Below are positions 46,785 to 56,114 of a stretch of DNA of 64,000 nucleotides, in pieces (positions within the stretch are counted from its first letter, which is position 1; the number at the start of each line of letters is the position of its first letter). The translations under genes and the position numbers were made by a program. This stretch comes from Candidatus Zhuqueibacterota bacterium. Lineage in GTDB: Bacteria; Zhuqueibacterota; Zhuqueibacteria; Thermofontimicrobiales; Thermofontimicrobiaceae. Below the pieces are notes generated by a model, which was not told the origin of the DNA, searched no databases, and saw only the letters and a list, made by a program, of their open reading frames with translations. The stretch is taken from NCBI GenBank assembly GCA_049322915.1, contig JBMOPW010000036.1, positions 96,001 through 160,000 of the forward strand. Reading direction: 5' to 3'.

Positions 46785-48260
46785 TCAGTCAACCCGTGAA
46801 ATTAGTTTTACATTTTTTAGATTTGCTCCGATCAGGTATTTCATGTTGTAGAACTTACCCCACGGTATTTCGTGTCTCGGTGACATCTGGTCAGCTACTA
46901 CAATGACTTCTCGCCCTGCCTCTTTCTTGTATTCGCGGAAGATGCAAGAGTGTCCAGTTACCGGCGGTAATTTTTCCTTTGTGTCCCCGTCTCTCACAAC
47001 CTTATACGCCCTCTTGTCGACCCACAATTGCAGAAAAGCACCAGCCTTTAGGCCGGCAGGCCAAGCCTGCTCGTCTTCTTGTGAAATTATAAATTCATCT
47101 TCGTGTACAAGTCGGGCATAGCGAAGTGCGCCTGCTGCTCCGGCTCCTCTGCAAACCCCACCGAGGATGTTTTTATAGCCTTTCCAGGAGGGTGAATTAT
47201 ATCGGCTTACCCAAAAGTGTATGAAGGGCCATCTATGTACAACAACGTAGTGGCCATCACTTCCTTCCCAGGCCATACGAGGTATCTCGTACCGAATTGA
47301 TTTTTTTTCTTTACCTAACATTAAATTCGTAGTGAGAGCCGATGCCCCGAGTATTCGTGTGCAGACTTTGGAGAAAATGTAAAGGCTAGTTCCGACACAT
47401 CGAAGAGGTGCAAAAAGAGCATGGTAGGCGCTCTTCCCTTCTTTCATGTAATATTGCTTTTCTAATACATTTGTCAGATATGATTCAACGCGGTTTTGCA
47501 GAAGAATTTCTTCACCGGCTGCTAAGTAGCGGACTCTTTGGATGAGTTCCTCCAATGTGCCCGGGTTTGTTCCATACTCATACAGGAACTCTAAAACCGA
47601 AGCATCATCCACAGTTGCGGATTCAGCAGGGTGAAAAAATGCTTGCTGCTCTTCACTGGAGAGAAAAGAGGAATCCGGCTCTTCACTCGTAATTTGAGGA
47701 TCGTCCTCTTGCAAGGCAGATGGCGCCTCCGACTCGGTCTGACCGACGCGATATCGCCCTGGCCTGTTCTCGATGTTTTGCGACATTTCCTTGCCAGCGA
47801 CCAATCCGTACTGATTAGCTTTTTCTATTTCATCAAAGTCAATCAGCGGCGCTTCCGCAGCCTCATTTGTTTCCAGTTCAAACTCGATCAGGTTCTCTTC
47901 TTTCCCTTGGTTTATCAGCGCGTGCTGTGCACCTTGAGATGGCTCTTCTCGCTCGCCAACTCCGACTTGAGAGGGTTCAGCAGTGCTATCCGGGTCGTAA
48001 ATAGGATTTGCCTCACGAAGCGAACCAGGCTGTACTCCGTCTCTCAGACCATCAGATTCAATCGATTGTGTCTCTGCAGCACGCCATAGACGATCTTCAA
48101 ACCCATGGAGAAATGGATGATCGGCAATCAGATTCGCCAAACGCCCTTCCCACTCGGCCTCAGCCTCCTTGTTGAACAATTCTTCATCAAGGAAAGGAGA
48201 TTCTAGGTCTCCCATCATATAGGCACGCAGTGTTTTATCTTTCTCATCTTGCATGTTCAT
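46785..48260 (-). CDS. Protein with a long acidic SPFL-motif leader and a putative papain-fold Cys-His-Asp hydrolase domain
   Basis: DLESPFLDEELF..EAEWE..HPFL leader; C-terminal RCVGT...GHSCIF...VADQ; RBS AAAGGA precedes the ATG at 48260. Confidence 0.7.
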   Translation of the reverse strand: MNMQDEKDKTLRAYMMGDLESPFLDEELFNKEAEAEWEGRLANLIADHPFLHGFEDRLWRAAETQSIESDGLRDGVQPGSLREANPIYDPDSTAEPSQVGVGEREEPSQGAQHALINQGKEENLIEFELETNEAAEAPLIDFDEIEKANQYGLVAGKEMSQNIENRPGRYRVGQTESEAPSALQEDDPQITSEEPDSSFLSSEEQQAFFHPAESATVDDASVLEFLYEYGTNPGTLEELIQRVRYLAAGEEILLQNRVESYLTNVLEKQYYMKEGKSAYHALFAPLRCVGTSLYIFSKVCTRILGASALTTNLMLGKEKKSIRYEIPRMAWEGSDGHYVVVHRWPFIHFWVSRYNSPSWKGYKNILGGVCRGAGAAGALRYARLVHEDEFIISQEDEQAWPAGLKAGAFLQLWVDKRAYKVVRDGDTKEKLPPVTGHSCIFREYKKEAGREVIVVADQMSPRHEIPWGKFYNMKYLIGANLKNVKLISRVD

Positions 48261-48279
48261 CACCGATCCTTTCATTCAG

Positions 48280-49383
48280 TTATCTCACTGCTACTTTACC
48301 TGCTTTAACGTCATGGCCGGTAATAATGGACCAGTGGGTTATGATCATCCGCAGGTCAGCTTCAGGACCTGGACCCGAAAAGCTAGCCGGGTACGCTGTA
48401 CCTTTCGTATAGAGTTCAATAACCTTTGCTGAATTATTATACGTTTTCATTTCAATTTGTATTAGAATTCTGGAGATAGGATCCGCGATATCAAAAAGAC
48501 TACTGGAGAGACCGTGTGCGGGGAGTCCGACGCGTTGAGCTATTTTATAAAGACGCTGTTCTGCACCAGTCGCTTGGGCCCTGAGGTCTTCAATGATTGA
48601 TGGTTCAGGATCGGTTTCGATAGTCAGATGGAACCACGACATCATTGAGACGAGTGCAAATTCTTCGCGAGAGAGACTACCATCCTTCCTTCGCGACAAT
48701 AGCATGTCAGACAGCCTATTAAGCAAAGTAATAATTTTTGCATCATCGATTGGCTTGGGTGCAGCACTGGCGGAAATATGTGTCATGCCGATCCATACTT
48801 CACGTAGCAATTCCTCAAACGTTATCACGAACTCGTTGTTTGCAGCATCAGCTCTGATGTACGGATAAGGCTGACCGTCGTCTTTACCATGGTTCAGATC
48901 CATGCCGAACATTCGCTGGTAAGCATTCCTCCGAGTCGCTCTCATATCTGGGCGTATATGGCTAACAATGGATGTAATAGTTAATGGGAGAGGATCCTTG
49001 TAAAAGAGTTCCTCGGTGTTATGCATCCATTGTTGGCTTTCCGGGCTAAGGGTTCCGAGTTTCTCTCCGTGTAAGAATTCAATAAGAACGCGATTAAAGA
49101 TTTCATATATCCTTGTATTCTCGATCATGTAAGCGTAAATCAGGTGATCCCACATAGCTGGAACTGTCAATCCTCTGCCAAAGGCATTCAAATTCCTATT
49201 GAGCATTGATGAAGAAGCAATTTTACTTCTATTAACTGGGGTACCAATTATCGTTCCCGTAACAGTTTTGTTGCGCCAGGTTAATTCTAGCAGTTTGAGT
49301 AGTTCAAAAGGGTGTGCCTGGAAAAGAGTTCTAGCTCCATTTGGTAAGCTTGCTCCATTTTGTTTGACAAATTCTCTAAACAT
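48280..49383 (-). CDS. Hypothetical, probably helical, cytoplasmic protein
   Basis: 367-aa ORF, strong RBS AAGGAGG, WDHLIYAYMIENTRI...RRNAYQRMFG; no recognisable family. Confidence 0.85.
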   Translation of the reverse strand: MFREFVKQNGASLPNGARTLFQAHPFELLKLLELTWRNKTVTGTIIGTPVNRSKIASSSMLNRNLNAFGRGLTVPAMWDHLIYAYMIENTRIYEIFNRVLIEFLHGEKLGTLSPESQQWMHNTEELFYKDPLPLTITSIVSHIRPDMRATRRNAYQRMFGMDLNHGKDDGQPYPYIRADAANNEFVITFEELLREVWIGMTHISASAAPKPIDDAKIITLLNRLSDMLLSRRKDGSLSREEFALVSMMSWFHLTIETDPEPSIIEDLRAQATGAEQRLYKIAQRVGLPAHGLSSSLFDIADPISRILIQIEMKTYNNSAKVIELYTKGTAYPASFSGPGPEADLRMIITHWSIITGHDVKAGKVAVR

Positions 49384-49755
49384 AGTTGTTCCTCCTTACA
49401 AAATCTTTGTTCCTAAGTAAAGGCAATTAATCAGATAATTAGCTTGTCTCTAGTTTATCGCTGAAGTCTTTACGCTCATTAATGGCATTCTTTACGTCAT
49501 TTTTAAGCCGGGGAATTGCTGCTTTGGCTCTATTATGAAACGATTTGAATAACGTTATCACTTCATTGTCCTGCTCACAGGTGAAGAAATGATTGCATTA
49601 ATTTATATGGAAATTGACTTGAACATTTTTTCAATCTCATCGATCTGTTGCTTTAAGCCCTTTCTGTACTGCAGTTGTTCATAAGTATACATCTCTTTCT
49701 TTGGCTTTGAATTATTCTCATAGGGGTTATAGCGTTTTTAATATTCCTTGGCTGC

Positions 49756-51033
49756 TTAAGCAACCTGCAAAGCGCCGCCAAGTTTTAACATCCATTCTTC
49801 TGGTTGCCCCAATGTGCCTGTCTTTCTTTCTGGCTTTGTCGCCATGTGAAGACCGGTGAGCGCCAGCAACCGTATCGCCTCAGTCCAAATCCAATGCATT
49901 GAGGTGTACAGCGCCACCCCGAGTTGCTGTTCGAGTGCCAGCAAGACATCGGGTTTGACGCGCCCGGGATTAATGAGGGTTGCCAGCGAACGCCCGCCGA
50001 AAGCCCGCATGGGTTCAATCAACGTTATCTCTACAATACGTGGGAGCAAGGGCAGGGAAGCGCGGACAAGTGTTTTGGTTGCGCTTAGCGCCTTTTCGAG
50101 TGAATACACATCCGCCCAGGCCCGGGCTAAATTATCCCAGGGACCTGCTTCATAAAACTGCCGGCACATCTCTACCCCAAGCAACAACCTTAAAAATCCA
50201 ATAGGATGGGGATCGCCTGGTATATTCCGAAAGACCAGCGCTTCTTCACCCGCCAGAACGTCGTGCAATGCTGCGATACTGGCGTAGCCTGTATGTACAA
50301 AGGCGAAAGCGTCGGCGGCGATTTCAGAGGCCCAGCTTGACCACGCCTCAACTATTTCACTCGGCAGATCAGGCAGGTTCGCTATCAGTTTAGCGGCAAG
50401 TTCTTCGTTCCAGCTTAAAATGTGGGCAATCTGATGGCCGGCTTCATGAATCAATGCAGTAGGGCGCAGCAGGTTATGCCGTGTAATTTTGACAACCGCA
50501 ACAGGATTCACGCTGGTACCGTCCCAAAGCCGCAAGCCAGCTTTGAGAATAGAAGCACCCAATCCCTTATCGATATATGTCAATACGACCGGCGTTGGTT
50601 TGCCAAGCAAATCAAGAAGTTGAGTCATACTTCGATGTGCCAGGGTATCACAAGCTCTTAAATAACCTGCAATCTTGTGGTTAGTCCGTGTGTTGATCGC
50701 GTCAGCGTAAAAGTCCAGCGTGGTCTCGACGCGCATATAGCGAGTACGGAAGGCGATCAACTGCCGTCGCACGGCTGATAGTTGGGTGGCGGTGAAAGCT
50801 GCGGCGAGCGCGGCTTGTAATAATGTAGCCTCACGGTCTAACTGAACGATCACTGCCGAAAGGTGCTGCCGGATGGACAATCCAAGGTAGCGCTCGATGC
50901 CGTTCCACGCAGCAGACGAGGCCAGGTCATCCATGTTCTGAAGCCGCGCGACAGCATCGACCCAATGGGCGACCTGGCAGGCGAGTTGCATTTTCATTTC
51001 AAGGTACAAGTCATTCATGGATATATCCCGCAT
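49756..51033 (-). CDS. Zincin-like metallopeptidase (HEXXH) with an N-terminal helical region
   Basis: LIHEAGHQ, downstream SEIAAD (candidate third Zn ligand) and DPHP; overlaps the upstream gene. Confidence 0.8.
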   Translation of the reverse strand: MRDISMNDLYLEMKMQLACQVAHWVDAVARLQNMDDLASSAAWNGIERYLGLSIRQHLSAVIVQLDREATLLQAALAAAFTATQLSAVRRQLIAFRTRYMRVETTLDFYADAINTRTNHKIAGYLRACDTLAHRSMTQLLDLLGKPTPVVLTYIDKGLGASILKAGLRLWDGTSVNPVAVVKITRHNLLRPTALIHEAGHQIAHILSWNEELAAKLIANLPDLPSEIVEAWSSWASEIAADAFAFVHTGYASIAALHDVLAGEEALVFRNIPGDPHPIGFLRLLLGVEMCRQFYEAGPWDNLARAWADVYSLEKALSATKTLVRASLPLLPRIVEITLIEPMRAFGGRSLATLINPGRVKPDVLLALEQQLGVALYTSMHWIWTEAIRLLALTGLHMATKPERKTGTLGQPEEWMLKLGGALQVA

Positions 51034-53386
51034 TGATTTTTATTTTTATCGTGGGTACGCCATCCGACACCTTCAGACTTGGAAGGGAAAGTCCCTTTCC
51101 TTTTAGCGCCTGGCGCAGTTGAGCGAACCCCGGGATATTGCCAAGGGTGATCACAACCGTTACCCCGTCAGCAGTATCCTCGGTTGCCTTGATAAACTCC
51201 TCAGCGCCTCGCTTCAGATGGTCGGCAAGTCCTTTAACAACCCATTCCTGTAGCCGGCTAAGGAGAACTTGTGGTACAAGAGATGGTAATCGTTGAAGCG
51301 CACCTGACCGCTGGTCTGGCGTCACGGACTCATGAATGACTTTTAAACGTCCATAGGAGCCTTTAATAGCTTTATGCAGTCCCCGCTCGATATATCTTCG
51401 TAAGCGCGCTGTGACTGTGCCGATGTGGGCATGCTGACGAAGTTTAACTGCGACCTCTTGAGAACGAATTTCACTGAGAAACAAGTAAACTCTGACTTCG
51501 TTCTTAGGGAAGTCAAGGATCAGCCTCACCTTTGTAGCTCGCCTCATATTGACTCGACCGGCTGGCCCTGGAATTGTGAGGGGACGCTTTCCCGGAATCT
51601 CCAGATAGTAAAAGCGCTGCCCTTCTGCTATGACATTTCGGTCGCTTTCAAGGTGTGGATCGATTTCGCGACCCAGGTCTGGTTCTCCCAATAACAGCGT
51701 GGCAGCTTGGCGGGTCAGGGGATGGAGTTGGTCGCGCCCATTCGCTGAGCCAAACCCCGGAGTATTTTCCTCTTGTTGAGCGATGTCCGATAGCCGTGTC
51801 CCGGAGATCGCCTCGTAAAGATGGACGATGGCTTTGACCTCCTCGCCTGGAGTTATTCCAAGTTGCTCCTCTAATAGCTCATCAAGAGTAACGCCTTCAA
51901 AGGTTTCGAGGTCTGCCACTTTGTACGGAGTGAGTTGAGTGGGAATTTTTCGACTATATTTCTTGTACCGCTTTCGACGGTTGCGTGGCATCATGACCCA
52001 AACGCCCTGGAGCTTTTTAGTCTCTCTGAGTTCAGGACGCTTTCGATAGGTATCTTCCGGAAGAACGGGCGGAAGATTAGCAGAAGCAGCCTGTTCAAAT
52101 GTTTCAAGCGCAGTGCCCTCGAGAAATTCCTGGTTATCAAGGATATAATTCGGAGCGGCGGCTACACCTCGCACAGTTTCCTCGATGGTGGCGGCAATTG
52201 CCTCAGCGGCTGCTCGGGAATTATCTACGGGCGTCGCTTCCAACTGGATGAGTCGCAAGCCAGCATCTACAATTGCTTGAGAGAGAGCAGGCGCATACTT
52301 TGGGCCAACGAACTTCTGAATCAGCCTGCCCATGAGCTTTGCCAGGAAACCTACAACTTTTTTCCGACCCATGAGTCTTATCCCCATTTGCAAGGCAGGA
52401 AGAACGGCCGGCAAAAAATTTTCAACGTAGGGAGTCGGGTCTTCCCCCTCCTTCAGACCTCTCAGGTTCTCTATAAACAGGTCTCTAGCACGGTCCAACT
52501 CGGCTAAAGGATAAGTATCAGAAGTCTCTTGATCAGTGAGTGCTTTAGCGACTTCCAAATCCTGCTCCACCTCGGTGTGGGAGAACAGGATGTTTGCGAC
52601 CTGTTGATCAAACTCCTGTTGAATCTCAGCCACCTCGTAGGTCGGAATAGCCCCTGATACGGATTCATAGATATCCTCAACTTCTTTCAATAAAGGAAGG
52701 CGTTCTGCCAGCTTTTTTGCGATGGGCTGAACTGAAGCCGGTAGCTTGCGAATGGCGAACCTGATGACGCGCATGAGCAGTGGTTTGATTAGCTGCTTGA
52801 GCTTAGGAAGAATGAGCGAAATGCCTCCCGTAGCCATAGCTGTTATGCCCTTTTTTGCAAGCGAAACGGCTTTCTTTGCCACCTTCTTGATGCCTTTTTT
52901 GAGATTCCCTAAAAATTCCTCGAAGCTGGGTGACAGTTCAACTGAAGGTCGATACCGGTCAACAATGGTATCGATTTCGTCTTCGGTGAGGGTACTTGGA
53001 TCATGCTGACGAAACTCCCTGGCGAAAGCCTCAAACATGGCCTCGGCCTCGGCAACGAGAGGGGCGAAATGTTGATCGAGGAGTCGTTCAGTATAACCGA
53101 TCATCTGGATATTTTCTTGCTCGTGCATGAAGTATGTCTCGTAGATGGCCGCGGCTTCATTCACCAGGCCGGACAGAGCCTCATCGAATTCTTCATCATA
53201 AAGCTCATTCAAAAATACGACGTACTCTTCAGCCACAGGATCGACCAAGCCACCGCCTTCTTCCGACTCATAGAGCGACAAGAAGGGGCTATTCGGGGGA
53301 ACAAAAAGCTCTCGTTCACCAATCTTTCCATTTCCTTCCTCCATTGTAAAACTGCTAATATCCAAAAAAGGTGCTTGATTCTTCAT
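51011..53386 (-). CDS. Large hypothetical protein with acidic SPFL leader and cationic amphipathic segments
   Basis: 791-aa ORF, RBS AAGGAG; NSPFLSLYESEE, EEFLGNLKKGIKKVAKK, ENFLPAVLPAL. Confidence 0.85.
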   Translation of the reverse strand: MKNQAPFLDISSFTMEEGNGKIGERELFVPPNSPFLSLYESEEGGGLVDPVAEEYVVFLNELYDEEFDEALSGLVNEAAAIYETYFMHEQENIQMIGYTERLLDQHFAPLVAEAEAMFEAFAREFRQHDPSTLTEDEIDTIVDRYRPSVELSPSFEEFLGNLKKGIKKVAKKAVSLAKKGITAMATGGISLILPKLKQLIKPLLMRVIRFAIRKLPASVQPIAKKLAERLPLLKEVEDIYESVSGAIPTYEVAEIQQEFDQQVANILFSHTEVEQDLEVAKALTDQETSDTYPLAELDRARDLFIENLRGLKEGEDPTPYVENFLPAVLPALQMGIRLMGRKKVVGFLAKLMGRLIQKFVGPKYAPALSQAIVDAGLRLIQLEATPVDNSRAAAEAIAATIEETVRGVAAAPNYILDNQEFLEGTALETFEQAASANLPPVLPEDTYRKRPELRETKKLQGVWVMMPRNRRKRYKKYSRKIPTQLTPYKVADLETFEGVTLDELLEEQLGITPGEEVKAIVHLYEAISGTRLSDIAQQEENTPGFGSANGRDQLHPLTRQAATLLLGEPDLGREIDPHLESDRNVIAEGQRFYYLEIPGKRPLTIPGPAGRVNMRRATKVRLILDFPKNEVRVYLFLSEIRSQEVAVKLRQHAHIGTVTARLRRYIERGLHKAIKGSYGRLKVIHESVTPDQRSGALQRLPSLVPQVLLSRLQEWVVKGLADHLKRGAEEFIKATEDTADGVTVVITLGNIPGFAQLRQALKGKGLSLPSLKVSDGVPTIKIKINAGYIHE

Positions 53387-53482
53387 GTAATTGTCTCCTT
53401 ATTTTCCCATGATATAACATTGAGTCATGGAGCTTGCATATTTATTAGGTTAATGTTTATTCCCTTGATTGTTCCCTCTTTT

Positions 53483-53812
53483 TTATTTTATCCCCGATGA
53501 AGGACTATCTGTATTGGATTGAAGTTGACTTATTCCTTTTAATGAAAATTTAACCTTTAATGGCCATCGCACATATTCACTGGAATTTGGCATATCGATT
53601 ATTCCATTGTGATTTTTATCCAGACCATATCCATCATCGAGGGTGAATTCTAACTGGGGGTTTGATGGAGCAGGAATAGGAATTGGAATCAGTCGTTCAT
53701 TAACCCGTTGTGGTTGTGCCTGAGTTGGAACTGCAAATAATAAAAACGAAAGGAGTAAACATAATATTACATTCTTATTAAAAGAAAATAACTGAGAAAT
53801 TAGCATATTCAT
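53483..53812 (-). CDS. Short secreted protein, possibly 3'-truncated
   Basis: Signal peptide (..PTQA|Q), DKNHNGIID Ca-loop-like motif, ends after 109 aa. Confidence 0.55.
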   Translation of the reverse strand: MNMLISQLFSFNKNVILCLLLSFLLFAVPTQAQPQRVNERLIPIPIPAPSNPQLEFTLDDGYGLDKNHNGIIDMPNSSEYVRWPLKVKFSLKGISQLQSNTDSPSSGIK

Positions 53813-54003
53813 TTTCCTCTCTGTGAGTTGTTAAAATGATACTATTTGATTATCAAAGTTATAAACGAAAATTTATTGCAATAAAAAGACTTTACGACCT
53901 TCTACTGATGAATGATAAATAAACAAAATCGACAAAACAAGCAGTTTAAATTAAAATCTTACCTGAAATCAGAAATCGTAACATTAATTCTTTAGTATAT
54001 TAT

Positions 54004-55431
54004 TTACTTAACACGCATAAGAAGCATTCGGAAAGGTTTATTTTGATATACTTCTCCATTCTCATACCAAATACTAATTCCTAAATTAGTCAGAGAATAG
54101 GATATTGATTCATCGTCAAAAGCATCTTCAAAACTTCCCTGCCCTTTCCAATGCGAGTCCCACTTTTTAATTTCAAGACAAATGACGCGCGTGTTGTTCA
54201 TATCAAATCCAGATGGATAACTTATAAATGTCGGAGGGCTTGAAGTCGCTGTCCGTCCGGTTATTTGCATAATCTGCAAGATAGAAACACCAGACGCACC
54301 CAATTTTAGCCCATCATCTCCTACGACCAGGACTTGACCTGAAAGATACACATCTCCGCTTATATTGACATTGGGTGGTTCATTTTCACCGCCGGGGGAA
54401 TCGATAAAATAAAATGTATTGTTATGATAATCTATAAAATCAGCCGAAACGCCAGCATGGCCGAATGAAAGGTAATTTTCTCCCTGCAGACCGACGCTAT
54501 TCGGTTCAACACTATTTGGAAATCTCAGCCCCCGAAAATAACCAATACCATTTACGGCCAGTTTGTATTGTGGATCGCCGAAACCAATACCGACATTGCC
54601 GTTGCTTTTTATCGTAAAGGCATCAATAAGTCGATTTTGAGTTCCATCACGAAAAAATCGAATTGTTTCTTTACCAGATGGACCAGCATTATCAATCTCC
54701 CATGCTCCCTGATTATCCCCATCAACCAGCGTTATTTGGCCACCTTCCTCACCTTCACCGGTGATCACAACAGATCCTTCGACTTCCAGTCCGTTACCAT
54801 CAATCTGAACCGGGCCGGCATCTGCCACAATTTTACGTCCGGCACCGGGACCACCGAAATCATAGGCCTGATCCAGCGTGCCACCACCAGTTCCACCCCC
54901 TTTTGCTGCCGTTGTTTGGGTGCTGCCATCCGGAAATTTAAAGCCGCCTTCAGTAGAATGGATGGGACCTTTCACCTGCAGCTTAGCCGTGGGATTGTCC
55001 AGGCCAATCCCCACATTTCCCTGAGTCGGAAAAACATTTGTACTGCCCTGAACAGAACCTGCCGTGTAAGCATACGGCACACTGGCAATTTGCTGCCTCG
55101 GACTCAAGGTCTCATTTCCGATGACGATTTCTAGAAATCTCGTTTTATCAGAAAAAATATCCATTGGAATCGGATTCTGACTCCCTAATAAGATACTGAA
55201 TACTCCCTGGTTGATAGGTACGCTGGAATTAACTTCTTCCCAGCGTTTTTCACCGCCGGTCAATGCCGTATAAATTCGAAACGTCATACTTTGGTTTTGG
55301 TTAATTGGATCACCGTTATTATCCGTTAAATAGCCCTGATAAAAAATCACTTGCGGAATTTTCTGGGCATTCAGACTGCTGGCCAGAATTGCCAGAATCA
55401 TCATCATCATAAAATAAATTTTGAATTTCAT
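54004..55431 (-). CDS. Secreted fibre/adhesin-like protein with GNVGIG repeats
   Basis: Signal peptide; YQGYLTD..G...F.IY...W.E...G.FS..LG...LSPRQ.I.SVPYA head; two GNVGIG motifs. Confidence 0.75.
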   Translation of the reverse strand: MKFKIYFMMMMILAILASSLNAQKIPQVIFYQGYLTDNNGDPINQNQSMTFRIYTALTGGEKRWEEVNSSVPINQGVFSILLGSQNPIPMDIFSDKTRFLEIVIGNETLSPRQQIASVPYAYTAGSVQGSTNVFPTQGNVGIGLDNPTAKLQVKGPIHSTEGGFKFPDGSTQTTAAKGGGTGGGTLDQAYDFGGPGAGRKIVADAGPVQIDGNGLEVEGSVVITGEGEEGGQITLVDGDNQGAWEIDNAGPSGKETIRFFRDGTQNRLIDAFTIKSNGNVGIGFGDPQYKLAVNGIGYFRGLRFPNSVEPNSVGLQGENYLSFGHAGVSADFIDYHNNTFYFIDSPGGENEPPNVNISGDVYLSGQVLVVGDDGLKLGASGVSILQIMQITGRTATSSPPTFISYPSGFDMNNTRVICLEIKKWDSHWKGQGSFEDAFDDESISYSLTNLGISIWYENGEVYQNKPFRMLLMRVK

Positions 55432-55514
55432 AGTTTTACCTTTATGTTTTGAGATTTTTGAAATCCACCATAAATTTGTTAAACGTGTTAAAGGTTTGTT
55501 TTTTTAATTCAGTC

Positions 55515-56066
55515 TCATTTCACCAACAACATTCGCTTCACCGCTGAAAAATCTTCTGTAGAAATCTGGTAGAGATAAACGCCGCTTGGAACCGGCAAAC
55601 CTTGCTGGTCTCGTCCGTTCCAGATTAACTGATAATTACCAGGCGATTTCAATGGCTCATTTAATTCCCAAATGAGTTGTCCGATGGTATTATAAATTCT
55701 AATGGTCAGGGGTGAAGCTTTCAGTAGACTGTACCGGATTGTTGTTGTTGGATTAAATGGATTCGGATAATTTTGCTGAAGCTGATACTCCTGCGGGAGC
55801 AGATCGAAAAAGGATGATGAATCCACCATCGTACTTCCTGCAAAACCACCGTTCAATTTAAAGTGTTGACTTCTGGCCTCGCCGGGACAGAATGCACCGA
55901 GATTGGATCCCAATAATTTGAAACTCGCTGAATTAGAATGAGCAGTGCTGCTTAACATTTGTCCTTTTGAAAGTCGAAAACTCCGGCTTTGTTGACCGGC
56001 AAGCTCAACAACACCAGTCAGAAAAATGAATAACAGAAATAGGATACGTAGCTTGTTCTGTTGCAT
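55515..56066 (-). CDS. Small secreted protein with a FlgD-Ig/T9SS-type C-terminal domain
   Basis: Signal peptide; LQQNYPNPFNPTT...WNGRD..G..VPSGVY. Confidence 0.8.
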   Translation of the reverse strand: MQQNKLRILFLLFIFLTGVVELAGQQSRSFRLSKGQMLSSTAHSNSASFKLLGSNLGAFCPGEARSQHFKLNGGFAGSTMVDSSSFFDLLPQEYQLQQNYPNPFNPTTTIRYSLLKASPLTIRIYNTIGQLIWELNEPLKSPGNYQLIWNGRDQQGLPVPSGVYLYQISTEDFSAVKRMLLVK

Positions 56067-56114
56067 AGGTATCTCCTGTTTGATTATTAGTAGTATGAAT
56101 TTTTAAATAAGGTT

